The position numbers and the translations under genes are program-made. A stretch of 64,000 nucleotides of DNA from Macrostomum lignano (Eukaryota): assembly GCA_002269645.1 (NCBI GenBank), contig NIVC01000892.1, forward strand, positions 1 through 64,000, in the 5' to 3' direction. The notes under the pieces are model-generated. The model was not told where the DNA came from. It searched no databases and was given only the letters and a program-made list of their open reading frames with translations. Shown here piece by piece: positions 17,601-31,000 of this stretch (positions within the stretch are counted from its first letter, which is position 1; every line of letters starts with the position of its first letter).

Positions 17601-19922
17601 GGTCTAGGAGTGAGTCTCGGGTGCTTAAAATGAACCACTCTCAATGTGGTCTAGGAGCGAGTCTCGGGTGCTTAATGAACCACTCTCAATGTGGTCTAGG
17701 AGCGAGTCTCGGGTGCTTAATGAACCACTCTCAATGTGGTCTAGGAGCGAGTCTCGGGTGCCTAATGAACCACTCTCGGTGTGGTCTAGGAGCGAGTCTC
17801 GGGTGCTTAATGAACGACTCTCAACTCTCAATGTAAGTCCAGGAGAGAGTCTCTCGAGCAATGAATGCATTGGCGCCTCGTTGGTTGTGATATAGTTAAA
17901 GAACTCATTGGGCAAAGGTTTAATAACTTTTCATACAATGCACTACACAAACCTGGTCGCCTTGATAATGAAACCACTGGATAGGGAGCCGAGCACCATG
18001 CCGACACCGTAGGAGATGCCGAGCTTGGCTAGACTATCCGATCGTTTTAACGGGTCTGATAGGTCCGTCACCACCATCTGACCGCCTGAAACACAAAAAA
18101 TAAGAATGCAGCTTTAGTACGTTCCGGTACTGTGGTACCTAATTAAACCAGAGTTTTCGTAGAGTTACTAGTACAGTATTTAATCGGACAACTACCATAG
18201 TTAATAACACTTAAAGTTTTTATGGTATTTCATTAAAAGACTAATATCATTCAGTAATTACTTTGACAACTATTATCTGGGTGGATGTTTCATAGCGCCC
18301 CTGTCACAGTTACAATTGTGACAACCGAGTAGTGATAATTGTTTATTCAAAAGCGGTTGGTTTCATAAGACATCACTTTATTGGAAGTGAAAAGCACTTG
18401 ATTCTAGACAAGCTTCAGGACAATTCAGGACAAGTAGCCCCAAGAAATTTTTCAGCAATTCCCTGGGGGTTGACTGTGACTGCGCCAGCGAGGCACCCGT
18501 TGCTTTGGCCATAGACATTCTAAGTCACTACTAAAGCTTGTAACTTGCCATTAGATTTAAAAATCAGTTTATGCAACTAAACTTCGCAGAACTTGGTAAA
18601 TTTGCTAACTTGTCGCTTGCATAGATCTTATATTCTCTTGATAGACCACTTTGTATGGCGGTAATAGGGAAAGTGCAACCGCTGTTTTTCGTCACTTGTG
18701 CGAAAAAAGCCGACATGGGTTGCTTAAATTTTGAGTTCAGTAGCTTAAGGGACATAGACGCTACTTTTGAGAATTGAATAAAACTTCGCGTGAATTAATC
18801 AAACAGCTACTCAATTGAACTAAGAATGATGAATTCACTGCAGAGACTACTGACGAAATTGAGTTCAGTAGTTGATTTTCGCGCTGTCGCGAGATGCAAT
18901 TTTTTTACATTAGCTTCTATGGTCACATAAGCGGTTAATGATTGGCCCATCTTGTGTATATATGATCGCTTGTCATTATTAACCTGTAACTTATAACTAT
19001 GAAACACCAACTCTCATAGAATTTCAGGTCACTAAGGCTAGTTCAGAGACATAGACAAAAAGAGCAAGAAAACTAGACTTAATGTTTGAAATTGCGGGGA
19101 CTGTGAGAGTTGCATCATGGTCTATATGTATCATAGACTATGCTAATAAGTGCATGTCTATAATTCACAAGGCTTGTAGAAACTCAATTAAGACAAACTT
19201 CCTATCTTTTCAATTGCGCCCCAGATTAACGGTATTTTGGTTTTCTTCTAGTATGGAAGGTCTAGCACAGGGTTCTCTTAGCACGGGTTTTTTTTCCAAG
19301 TTCAATCGGTTAGGAACATTCAGTCATTGTTTATTGACAGTTAGGCTCTGACTAAACTAAGACGAACACCATTACGTCTACATCAGTTTTATGAATTGAC
19401 GTTTTGCTTGTTTGAATAAAAAGGGGATTTTGTTCAAAATCGGAGGTAAACAGCTGTGTAGTGATTTGGCATTGAACTACACGGATACCACGTGGATAGA
19501 CATAGTGCATGCAGATACATTAGCTACAAACTGGTTACTAACACTGATACCTAAACAACACCCAATTTTTTACCCTGCATCGCGTGCACCAACATTAGCG
19601 GCAGCCGGGACAAAAACATCCAAAACAAGCCGTCAGTTAGGGCCACAGTCAGGCACGATATTCCTGAGGCGCCAAACGCCAGACAGAGCGCCAATCTGGC
19701 GCCATACAAATCGCCAAATCGGCCAAACAGCGGCCCGCCAAGCAGTTGAACAGCGGCAAACATCGTCTGCAAGTAGCCAAATGCCAGATTTGAAGCCTCC
19801 CACTTCTGTAATAGAAACGGCACAGCGGCCTGTTGGATCCAGAAAGCCAGCGAGTATAGCGCTATGTTGGCGTGCGTGCTCAGCATAATTGCACTGGGTG
19901 ACAACTGTCCCTTGCCAGCCAT
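14685..19922 (-). CDS. SLC22A18: SLC22A18-like MFS transporter, 5 exons: 19922-19574, 18085-17953, 16579-16105, 16000-15877, 14857-14685 (417 aa)
   Basis: Splice phases join into one 1254-nt ORF; motifs GGPLFGRFGDLYG, QMVVTDLS and NAVSLEDTGSVLG match the SLC22A18 family; intron 3 is GC-AG. Confidence 0.88.
15025..15728. repeat. 45-bp minisatellite with alternating A/B variants (SLC22A18 intron 4)
   Basis: GATTTACTGACGACTCTCAAGG recurs every 45 nt (15044, 15089, ...). Confidence 0.95.
16727..17825. repeat. 45-bp minisatellite (SLC22A18 intron 2), about 24 copies
   Basis: Unit TAATGAACCACTCTCAATGTGGTCTAGGAGTGAGTCTCGGGTGCT. Confidence 0.95.
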
Positions 19923-20739
19923 TATTTGGTCGGATTAATTGATGACTTGTTAATTCACTCCTCCAGCAACAATTCAGTCAGCTAGGCTCTGTAAGTAAAC
20001 GTAATAAACCTTTATTTAATCGAGTAAATTCAGTTATTTGCTTATGTCATAGTGGCAGGTAATTTTCAGATCGAAAGCGATAAGGCTACAAAAAGAATTA
20101 AAATTCACACAGCCTACTGAACTTTCCTTAGAATTAACTTTATTAAAATTTATGCTAACTTAATTATCTTTATTATAAGATCGGACAGCCTTGACTTGTC
20201 AATTAATGAACAAGCTAAAGCATTTAATGGAGCCTTTGTAGCAGTCAATGTGGCGGAAGTGAGCTAGCATTTTGTGTATATTCTGTGGTATCGTATCGAT
20301 TACTGTGTAGCTCTATAGTTACAAATATATGAAACAACAATATATCCAATAATAAATCAAACACTTTGAAATATACTGATGTAGAAGGCATGGAATATAA
20401 TAATATCAATCGAAGGCCTAAAGGTTTATGACAGATCAGAAAGCGTTTGGGGTAAAAAGTAAAAAGTCAACTTAAATGACAGATCACAATAATAATTACA
20501 TGAAACGGCAAAAGTTTCGCGTGAATTCAGATTCCTATTTTACAAGCGTATGATCTTGAACAGCAGTATAAATCGAAAGACCATCGCAAATTGAGCTACT
20601 TGGTAAAAAATCGAGTATAGCTAGTAGAGTCTAGCAAAATTACACATGGAATATGTACACATTTCAGTAAAAAAAGCTGACTTAAATTTAACTTGATTCT
20701 TCTACTTGGCGAATTTCCCTAAATTTATAGAGGCTTTAT

Positions 20740-21023
20740 GTAGCCTGTGGTGGAGCTTCGGACTCAAGCCTGCAAGGTCAAGGTTCGATTCCCGATCCCA
20801 CTCGGAATAATTTGTGTTCTTGACCATGACACTTCACTCTGCACTGCTTCAGTTCACCCAACTGTAAAATGGGTGCCAGCATTAGCTGGGGTAATTGAGG
20901 GTGTGTGTGGCGACCCCCCCCCACCAGTCCTTGGACTGAACAGCCGTACGGAGCCTTCAGATGCGCCGCGCAATAGCTGCGGCTGAGCTGTCGGTTGCAC
21001 ATCTGCCCGTAGGGCAGGTGTGA
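20740..21023 (+). mobile_element. tRNA-derived SINE, family 1, second copy
   Basis: B box GGTTCGATTCC and body nearly identical to 10228-10546. Confidence 0.85.
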
Positions 21024-21169
21024 CAACGAAAAAAGAATCAATTATTTTATTAAACAATGTAGAGTCAATCGATATACAAAATGTTTAACAAAATTAGTGC
21101 TAACACACTTAGGATTAGGTGACGAAAGTGTCAACTTATCACGCATAACTGGATATTGTGTCATGCAGC

Positions 21170-22996
21170 TTACAATTTGTACTGAAAGCTGAGCTGCCTG
21201 TGCTGTCTTAGAGGCGCGGCGGCCTCCTCAGTGACAAGAGCTGATCCGGCCACGGTCAGGCTGGTCAGATTGTGCGCGCACTCGCTGCCAGCCAGCTTGG
21301 CAATCCCTGCGTCAGTCAAGCAGGACCAGAATCGCAATTCTAAGGTCTTCAATCCGCTAAAACTGGCCAAATAGTCGAACACGACGTTTGTTAGATTGTC
21401 ATCCAGGTAGCCATTGTGCAAGGTTAGTACTTTCAATTGACGTTTGGCATTAGTCTGGCTCAGACAGAGCACCCCATAGTTAGTGATAAGTTTCAGTTTG
21501 TACAGGCGAATCTCTTTCAGACAGGGCAGGCAACCCAGGGAAGCCAAACAATCGTCTGTCAGACAGACACAATTAGCAAGCTGCAGTGACTTGAGACAGC
21601 CACCCGTAGCTGAATTAACCAAGTTGCTAACCAGCTCAGGACTGAGATCTGCTCGACTCAAAGTAAATTCTCCTAGATTCGGAGTAGTGGCAGCTGGTCC
21701 GGCTAAAAGTGCAGCTAGAGAAGAAGCATCAATGCCGCTCCTATTCACAGACAGGTAGAGATTGGTGACCTGAGCTGGCTGAGCCGATATAATGGCAGTG
21801 AGCACCGGCGAAGAGTCCTTAGGTAGCGGACATATCAGCTTTAGATTGATCAATTTCTTGCACGATTTTAACAGACAGCTGAGGCCATCTGTTGCCGAAA
21901 ATTCAGCCAAAAAAGACAAATGCAATTGTTTTAGTTGGCAACAGCCGGTGCCCAAGTCTGCCAGGTAATTGTTGGCACTGACTTCAAATTCAACAGTTAG
22001 ATTCAACTCGCGAAGCTGCTTCCAGTTTCTGCCAATAAGTTGCAGCGAATGCTGCAGCACCTGACGTCCAGCGAAAAGTGTAGTGGACTCCACTGCAGGG
22101 CAGTTCACTAGCAATGATTCCAAAGCTTCTGTTGTTTGTATTTTGATGTCCGGCAAGCAGATTGTCTTTAGGCCGCGACAAGCGGTAGCCAAGGAGATGA
22201 GCAGCTGATCTTGCGCGCTTCCAGTTTTCTCAAAAGTGAAGCACACAAACTTTTCAAGCAATGGACACTTGAGAATAGCCTGCGAAACCGAACCGATGCT
22301 GGCAAGCTTCACGCCAATCATGAGCTCTCGCAGTGGACAGCAGGCCGCCAAAGCTTGCAAACTGGCATCGCTTAACTGTTGAGCATTTCGAGAAATTTTC
22401 AGCTTGAAAGCTGTAAAACTGACCAGCCCGGGCCATTTTTGCGAAGCTACAATGCAACAATCTGGGCTAAGGCACGACTTGCCAACGTCAAGACGTTTTA
22501 TTTGCGGACAACTTGTTGCAAATGCACTCAAACCATTCGCTGCGATATTGGAGGACTCAACAAGAACAAGCTCTTGTAGCCGAGGACAGTTAGTTGCTAA
22601 GGCGGCCAAAATTTCAGCATTAGTTGCTCCCTTAATCATGGTCGTGTAATGTTTGCTAAATCGGCATTCAATTTGCGTGAAACTCTGTAAGTTGCAAGCT
22701 CGCTTCAGTAAAATTCTCAATTGCATGGCTGACACTGATGTATCAATAGTAAGACTAACAATGAATTGGCAGATTTTTCGGCCTAACCGCTTGGCTTGGT
22801 CAGCTGACATATTATCCATTGTATATATCAGTGATTTCCAAGTGCTGGGTCGCGAGGCTACCTGGTTCCACCAGCGTGACACCTGGCAGCAGGAGCTTAG
22901 ATCAGCTTGATCCAGATAATGAAACACATTGCTAAGCAACATTAGAGGCATTGAGCCGAAACTATTTGATTGTTCAGCAGCTGTTAAGCTAGTCAT
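21170..22996 (-). CDS. F-box/leucine-rich-repeat (FBXL-like) protein, single coding exon
   Basis: F-box MPLMLLSNVFHYLDQADLSSCCQVSRWWNQVA followed by many Cys-containing LRRs (e.g. CLTDDCLASL, LTDAGIAKL); strong splice acceptor 3 nt before the ATG. Confidence 0.9.
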   Translation of the reverse strand: MTSLTAAEQSNSFGSMPLMLLSNVFHYLDQADLSSCCQVSRWWNQVASRPSTWKSLIYTMDNMSADQAKRLGRKICQFIVSLTIDTSVSAMQLRILLKRACNLQSFTQIECRFSKHYTTMIKGATNAEILAALATNCPRLQELVLVESSNIAANGLSAFATSCPQIKRLDVGKSCLSPDCCIVASQKWPGLVSFTAFKLKISRNAQQLSDASLQALAACCPLRELMIGVKLASIGSVSQAILKCPLLEKFVCFTFEKTGSAQDQLLISLATACRGLKTICLPDIKIQTTEALESLLVNCPAVESTTLFAGRQVLQHSLQLIGRNWKQLRELNLTVEFEVSANNYLADLGTGCCQLKQLHLSFLAEFSATDGLSCLLKSCKKLINLKLICPLPKDSSPVLTAIISAQPAQVTNLYLSVNRSGIDASSLAALLAGPAATTPNLGEFTLSRADLSPELVSNLVNSATGGCLKSLQLANCVCLTDDCLASLGCLPCLKEIRLYKLKLITNYGVLCLSQTNAKRQLKVLTLHNGYLDDNLTNVVFDYLASFSGLKTLELRFWSCLTDAGIAKLAGSECAHNLTSLTVAGSALVTEEAAAPLRQHRQLSFQYKL

Positions 22997-25419
22997 TATC
23001 TGCAATGAAAAAAATAAAAGTATAGGTAGTAAATTAAAATCATTTACATGAGTTTTAAGGCAAATATTAAACCTAAAAAGAAGCTATTAGCTATAGCTTA
23101 TATTGCTCAAGTATGCCTTGTGGTCAAGTGGACATTCTTGATTGATATAGAATAAAATAAAAAAACTAAAGAAATAAAGAATACACCTAATAGATAAGAA
23201 TGTTCTTTATACAAGGGCTATCCCAAAAGTAGTGTTACTTTTCATAAAATCTCTCATTTGAATGAATCAAACAATATAATTTTGTACAAATTTATTGCAG
23301 CAACTCTCAAGTTTCAACAAGTTCCAAGTTAGCAAAATTATAAAGTGGTAGCTAACAAATGGTTAACTGGTTGTAATAAATGTATAAAATGATTGTGGTA
23401 AATGACTACAATAGACCCATGAAAATTGCACATGAATCTTGGCTGCATTGTGCAATATCCTCCAAAAGGTATAAATCACACTTCTCTAAGCAACACTTGA
23501 ATGCACATCCATGACTTTTGGTGCATCAAAATAAGGAAACAAAAAGCAATGAAGCTGAAGCCCAATAGGAAATATTCTGCTGCTTTAAAACATATGTCTT
23601 TCCAAGTTTTCCCATAGATATCTCTTTGCACAGTAGCCTAATAAAGAAGCCCAAGTTTAGGGCCTATGCAATCAAAAGTATTTTCACTACTTTTTGCTAG
23701 GTTGCTGACTTATTATAAGTCTATGGAACCTGAGTTCCTGCTAAATTTTTGTTCATAACTTTGTTTCCATTGTCTGTTTATAATTTTAAAGTTAATATCA
23801 AGAAGAGAGTTGCTGCTATTAAGTTGTGCAAAATGATATTATTTGGATCATCAGAATAAGAGATATAATGAAAAGTAACACTACAAATAGCCCTTGTAGC
23901 TTTAAATTTATTGATTTAAATTAAATCACTTTCAATCAATCTATAGTAAAACTTCAAAAGTTTTAAAATTAGTTTTCTGTAAAAAAACAAAAAAATAATA
24001 AGGAAAAAAAACAACTAAATTGCATGACCTAATAAAAAAGCTATATTTGCAAGATTTTTAGGAAAAAACAAAGTACATTGTCTATATACTGGACATATTA
24101 TGATTTAGGCTTAACATTTCCTTGGTGTAGGTAGTGTACACCTATGCCATAACATAGATGAAAAAGTTTTATAGCTTAGATCTCTAGCGCCCTAAAAGCT
24201 TAGCCTGCAAAAAAGCACTATTCATTGAACTATCTTGTCTACGTCTACTGATTATATATTATTCAGTATTTGATGATTGATTATGATTATCCACTGGGCC
24301 AATCGCTAAAAAAGTTAGTTTTTATATAAACGCGATAACAAATCAGCGTTCAAATCTGCGCCATGATTACAGCTGACCAAGCATATTTAGAGTCACTTTA
24401 AAGTTCTGATTGTCCTTACCGATATATATTTTAGGTAACTCAACAAAAATCATTTTTTCTATAGGGTAATCATGCGAATATAGTAAAAAATTTAAGTATT
24501 TGTTTTTATAGGGTAAAATTTTAAACTTGCTGCAACATGCCTGATGTGATCGACCCACACGACCACCAGCCTAGTTCAGTTCTTAGGCTAGGCTTAGGTA
24601 GGCTAATAGCTTTTAATTATAAGGGCATTAAATTTAAAAAGACAAAAACTTGAAGAGACAATGCAGCATCATGTTGGGCTCGTTCTGAGTGTATGCGATC
24701 AATAAATAAGTGTAGTCAAGTGTAACAATAAAATCTATGCCTATGTCTATCAGCCTATGGCGGGTATAATTTCAATTTATTAAATACCTATTATCATATA
24801 AGTGTGACATGACAAATTAAGTTAGGCCTAGAGTTTTGTACAGTATTTCTAGGGTTTAGACGACTAGAGTTGTCCTAGGCTTAGGTTTTTTGTTTACAAT
24901 TATATTTAAGCCTAGTTTGTCTAAATAGGCCTAGATAATAATAAGCCTATAAATTTCACTCATTTCCTATTGGTTGTAATTAGGGAAATAAATGCTATAA
25001 TTAAATTATATTATATTAGACCTCTAATCATTCCTTTTGGCCTTTGGCTTTATTAGCTTTTATTATAGTCTAACCTATAATATATATATTTATCCACTAG
25101 GGCCTAATAGACAAAGCAAGTGGCCTAGCACAAAGTAAATACATTTTTGCATATTTATCCCAATTTTTGCATAGCATTACTACTAGCAATGGTTTTCTAC
25201 TGAACTGATAATAATAAACTTAAAGATTAAGACTTAATTAGTTAATAAACTTATTAAACTTAAAGCTAATAAAGACAAAGGGAATAACTATTGAACTATA
25301 GTGCATCTTTATAGCATCTATTTCCTTAATTACTACCAATTGAAAATAAGTGAACAATATAAATCTAGGCATTTTAGACAATTTATCTATTTAGACATTT
25401 AAAGCTATGGCTTTCTTGG

Positions 25420-26456
25420 TATAAAGGGTATGCCAAAAGTTCTTGGAATGTCTAACATAGCTCTTCAATAGAGCCATGAAATTTATGCCCATGGTGTCAA
25501 ATGAAAGGAAATTTTGTCACAAAGAAAACAAATTTAAAATCATAATGATATCTTTTTTTATTCAGGAGCTGCAGCAAGAAATGTGAACAAAGGTCAGGGG
25601 TAATATTATACAACCTCATATATCAATGAAAATAATTTTTCATCTCTATTTTTAGATATTTTAATTTTGAATTTGTGCTACTGATTTGTCAGAAAAACAT
25701 GGTAGTGTCTATAGAAAAAAGCAGAAATGCTCATAAAGCTAATCTGAGTTTTTGTGCAAGTGCAGATAATTCGTACCTAGCGCTTGCTTTCAACTTGAAA
25801 TTTCTTTACAAAATTGAGTTTTCTTTAGAGCCTTGAAAGTCAGTGAAGTCAAGTTTTTGCCTTTTGGTCAGTAGGATAGAGTGAAACCAAGATTTCCGAC
25901 CACTTATTCTCTATCCATGGTAAGAATAGCCTGAAAAAACTGCCTTTATTGATTAAATGAATGCTTTGCCTTTAGAGATAGCCAGTCTGCTATGAATGAT
26001 CAGCCATGCTCTAGCTGTCCTTGCACATCAGGTGGCAAGACATCCCATCAACAGATTGAAACGGTTTTTGCCCAGGCCATTGATGGCATGCTTTCAAGGT
26101 GGCAAAGGTGTGTCCAGCTGAATGGGGATTATATAGAGAAGCTGCAGGTTGAGCTTGATGATTCACTTTGAATTTTGAATTGGTGCATGCCCTAAGGATT
26201 CATCAATGGTATAAACTGTTTTGTGTTTTATTATTTAAAATCATTGCCATAGATTTTTGGGATTGTGTAACATTACCCCTGATCTTTGCGCAAGTTTCTT
26301 GCTGCAGCTCCTGAAGAAAAAAAGTTATCAACTTGATTTTAACTTTGTTTTCTTTATGACAAAATTTCCTTTCATTTGACACCATGGGCGTAAATTTCAT
26401 GGCTCCATTGAAGAGCTACATTAGAAATTTTGGTAACTTTTGGGACACCCTTCGTA
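25420..26456 (+). mobile_element. Decayed mariner deletion derivative with ~190-bp terminal inverted repeats
   Basis: 25420-25610 matches the reverse complement of about 26260-26456; mariner-type end TACGAAGGGTGTCCCAAAAG; internal remnant AIDGMLSRWQRCVQLNGDYIEK matches the mariner transposase C-terminus. Confidence 0.8.
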
Positions 26457-27749
26457 TATGGCTATATTGGTCCAGCACTTTATAGTTTCATATATCAAGA
26501 GTATAGAACAAAAAAAATTCACCAAGAAAGGTATATACAACAATGAATTTTTTGCCAAAAGGCATGCATGCTATGCATATTGTTGAACTTGAATGTAACA
26601 GTTTTAACACTACATCAATATCTTCTATAAATATACTAAATCTCTAAGGTTTGTATGCTTGCTTGTCTATAACACTAGAGACTGCAATTCTTGACTAATT
26701 TTGATTGCATTTATGCCAAAAGATTCAAAATCGCCTGGAAAGAAGACAGTTGAATCAATTTACTAATTTTCCTTTAAGGCCATAAAATTAAAGAAGTTTT
26801 GTACATATATGTGCATTTTATTTTTTACCTTCTTAGAATGCATTATTTGTTTTTGAGATGAATTTCACCCTAGAAGGCATAGTATAGGCCTAGAGTATTG
26901 TGTTTTTTGTTGTCTTTTTTGGTTTTGGTTAAGTATAGTAGAGTATTGGGCTTGGTCTACAATAAGAAAAGCAGTTATATAGCTTAATTGTTAGAACATA
27001 AAACTCATGACTTGAAGGTTGGAGGTTCAATTCCCAATCCTGTAAGAATCAATTTGTAACATAATATTTTGCATGATCCTTATTATAGCTACAGGAGAAG
27101 CCTAGGCCCTATTAAAAACTGAATTAGAAATATTTAACTTGGTTTTTTAGGAAAGGGCTAAAGAATAGTAAATAATGCTTATCTATTAAATGTCTTTTTA
27201 ATATATTAAGTATACTGTTGTTAAATTACATTGTTATATTAGGCCTATAGATTTTCCAAATCAAATTTTTCTATAATATCAAAATACTTGGGATACTATG
27301 ATTAGGCTTCTAAGATTTTAGGATCAAGAATTAAGATCCAATCTACCTCTTGGTAAAATTCATTGCCATATATTTTCTTAAAGAGTAAGAAGCAAAGTTT
27401 AACAAGATTTTGCAAAATCTTAATGATTCCTAGAACTAATAAAGTCAATTTGTTAAAGTTATCAAAATAAAATGAAAAAATCAACCTCAAAAACAATTTA
27501 TGCATAATATATTATTAATTTTTTCTTAGAGCCACTTGTATTTAATATTAAACAAGAAAAACTTTCTTGTCTTTCAAATTGTTTTTAAATAGCATATTCT
27601 TAGGATAGATAAATATATTCTGAAAAATTACTTATATATAGATTATATAGATTATATAGTTTTCTAGAATATATACTTCATTACTTCATTGCATTGCACT
27701 TGAGGAATATATTTATATGGTTTGAATATCTCTACCTATAAAAATCAAA

Positions 27750-27751
<2 letters not shown>

Positions 27752-27782
<31 letters not shown>

Positions 27783-27819
27783 CTGTGTGTGGTGTGTGTG
27801 TGTGTGTGTGTGTGTGTGT
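27752..27819. repeat. (GT)n microsatellite
   Basis: Direct reading. Confidence 0.95.
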
Positions 27820-28054
27820 ACAAATTACTTCGCTATGGACTCCCAAACCGCTCTACCAAAAACGATTTTTAGAAACCTTGTTATTGAACACAAAAGCACT
27901 GTCTAAATTTCTAAAGACAGGCATGCAAAGATAGGTACCAAGATAGACACAGAAAGACAGACACCAATGTAATTAATTGGCTGTTGCGTTCAAGTTGCCT
28001 GTTTAATAAAATATACAATTTTAGCATTTATGTTTCTGTAAAACTTTGCTCCAG

Positions 28055-31000
28055 GCTCAAAACTGGTTTCGCAGTCAAACTGCCAAGCTGGCTGGCAAAG
28101 ACAGCAGTCAGCAGGAGCAGAAACAGCAGAAGATCTACAGTCTGCAGGGTGTTGAAGTGCCATTTCCTTACAGCGCGTATCCTTCGCAACTAAGCATGAT
28201 GAGCCGGGTTGTGCAGAGCTGCTTAGCCAGCCAATGCTGTTTAGTTGAATCCCCAACTGGCAGTGGCAAAAGCCTGTCACTTCTCTGCGCCAGTCTGGCT
28301 TGGTTGCGCCATTTTAAAGATAAAAATAGTCCGGTAAGATCTTAATCAAGGTGCACAGACTCGCTCACTCACAGAAGCCTTGCTCACCCAATGACAAAAA
28401 CTAAGACAGGCAAAAATACAGACACCCAAATGACACAAACACCAACGACCGAGACCCAAAGACAGAGAGGAATACTAAGACAGGCACCCAAAAGACAGAC
28501 ACCCAAAGCCAGACATCCAAGAGACAGACACCCAAAAACAGACGCCTAATGGAGTGGCGTGCCCTCGCGGTTAAGCTACTGGTTTATTCTGTTTTCTATT
28601 ATTACTTCTATTATCATGTACTCTAATTCGGTAGGTTGTTGCCACCAGACTAATGTCTCTTATAATAATAGTTTTAAATTAAAATAAGTGAGACAAGAGT
28701 CGATTTCATGTAAGATTATTGGAACAAACAAACAAAATGATATTATTGAACCAAAATATGCAAAAGATTAAGCACTGTTATTTCCTAAGTTAATAGAACC
28801 GGTAGACTCCTGGTTCCCTTAGTTAGACCAACTGGTAGACTCCTTTTAGTCTTTCCCTATTTTATCTAATTGACTATATTAACTTTCCTATTCTCGGTAG
28901 ACTCCGTTTTAACTAAGTGGTAGACTCCTCTTAGCCTCCCTATTTTACCCCTGGAATTTATCCTTGACTTACCCTTAGTTCTTTTAACTTCTTTCTTTTA
29001 ATTTGCTTTTGGAAGGGGAGACTCCCTTATATTCAGTTTTATGCTTTGAGACTTAGTCTCTGAAATGATGTCCTGATGGACGGTCCTGAACAGGATGCTT
29101 TTCCCGAGGCCAAACAGCCTTTTACTAATAGAGGAACCCGCTAAGACTCGAATTCCCATAACTTCAGATATTTTCCCGAAGGCGAACTACTAATAGTAGC
29201 GTAAAAGCAAAACTGCTTATTCTAAATTTCATGCTACTAAAATAATTCCTCTCGACGAAAGAGAACTAACTGGCAAACGCCTTAGCAAAACTGCCTTGAA
29301 CTAAACCCCCTACTACACCTAAAGACAAAGAGAGATACTAAAACAGACACCTGAAAGACAGACACCCAAAGACAGACACCCAAAGACAGACACCTAAAAA
29401 ACAGACGCCTAAAAACAGACTCAAAGACAGACACCCAAAAGACAAATAAAAAAACAGACGCCTAACGACAAGGAGGGATACTAAGACAGACACCTAAAGA
29501 CAGACATCCAAAGACAGACAGTCAAAACAGGCACTGTAAGCGAAGACTCAAGGGCACACTTTTCAATAATCAACTTTCAACAAAGCCTATTAATTAATAA
29601 CACTTAACTAAAATCAGTCTCAGGGCAATAACGATGAGGAACCGAACACGAAAGTCGATTATGAAGATGCTCAAGATCAGACTTCGATAGACAAACAGAC
29701 TGCAGCAGCATCAATTCACAACAAAAATTGCTGCTCAGATTGTCGCAGCCATCCTGCGGTACAGGCGGGTCAACAGCAGGAGCGGCAGCCAGACGAAGCT
29801 TCAATGGCCAAGTGCAACGGCTGCGTGTGTCACCAGGCTGCTCTGCTAGACGCACTGGAGTCCGACTGGCAGCAGCAGGCGGCGAACAAAGTGAAGTGCG
29901 TAATCCAATTTTGCTTGGGGCTTTGTCACGTGATTCACGCCTGTACGGGCCAACCCTCTAGGCGTTGAGGTGTACATGCCTGACAATCGCTGATCCACTG
30001 ACCCACAGGAGGGTCAGAGTTAGTCGTGTATATCTGTCTGACTCACAGAAGGGTCAGAGTTAGTCGTATAGATCTGTCTGACTCACAGAAGGGTCAGAGT
30101 TAGTCGTATAGATCCGTCTGACCCACTGTTCATTTTACTATTCTAAAAAAGTTTTTACTTTTAATTTTGTTTTTTACTTCGCAGAATTCCAAAGATATTT
30201 TTCGGCTCCAGGACGCACAAGCAGATTGCGCAATTGGTTCGAGAATTGAGGAAGACCGCCTTTGCGGATGTTAAGTGAGTTTTGTAGGCTTCATTTTTTG
30301 TTAGTGCAGAAATGCAATTATAAATGGGTGAATTTTCTTAATACTCTACTTACAGTAGAAATATTGGTATACTGCAGGCACAAAGTTAATAATAATGAAC
30401 TTTTATTAAGTATTCTACTTATTAGTAGAAATGTAGGAAAATAACTTTTTAAAGGTAACAGCAATGTATTATATAGTCTACTACTAGTAAAACTGCTAGT
30501 TTTTTCATAGGAAATTTTAATTAGTCACCATCTAAAACTCGTCACTCAGCATGACGGTGCTTTCAAGTCGCGAGCACAGCTGCATACATCCAAAAGTCAT
30601 TGGCAATCGCGGTCGCAGCAAAGCCGAACATTGCAAAGAGCTGCTCAAAGAGTCCTCGTGTGCCTATTATACTCGCAAGACTAGCGCCGATACTCAACAA
30701 AAAGTGCGACAAAATTATGGACTCAGACCTGCCTGGGATATTGAGGATCTTGTTACGGTGAGCTCAATTAACTTGTGCTTGCTTTTCAAGTCTTAATCCA
30801 CCCATTTTCTCTGTATGTCTTCCATGTTTGTCTGCCAACCTCTCTCGGTGTGTCTGTCATGTTTGTCTGCCAGCCTTTCAGTGTGTCTGTCATGTTTGTC
30901 TGCCAGCCTTCTTCGTGTCTGTCGTGTTTGTCTGTGTCGTTTTACTTTAAACAAACAGTTCTCTCATCATCAACTGCAGGCCCTCACCGCCCGCAAGGAC

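Noticed and set aside
14981-17915. Long ORFs 14981-15784, 15205-15693, 16698-17633 and 17351-17836
   Set aside because: Translations of stop-free 45-bp satellites inside SLC22A18 introns.
23210-23260. Third mariner (TIR-like TACAAGGGCTATCCCAAAAG)
   Set aside because: No partner TIR or readable transposase found; at most an old fragment.
24800-27250. Recurrent TAGGCCTA/AGGCCT motif (also at 63400-63840)
   Set aside because: Irregularly spaced in old AT-rich DNA; more likely a mutational or compositional bias than a functional site, and untestable by eye.
29060-29100. Hammerhead ribozyme / Penelope-like end (CTGATGGACGGTCCTGAACAG)
   Set aside because: Lacks the exact CUGAUGA and GAAA core, and I could not build stems I and III; the surrounding 28550-29330 insert with GGTAGACTCC repeats is unclassified.
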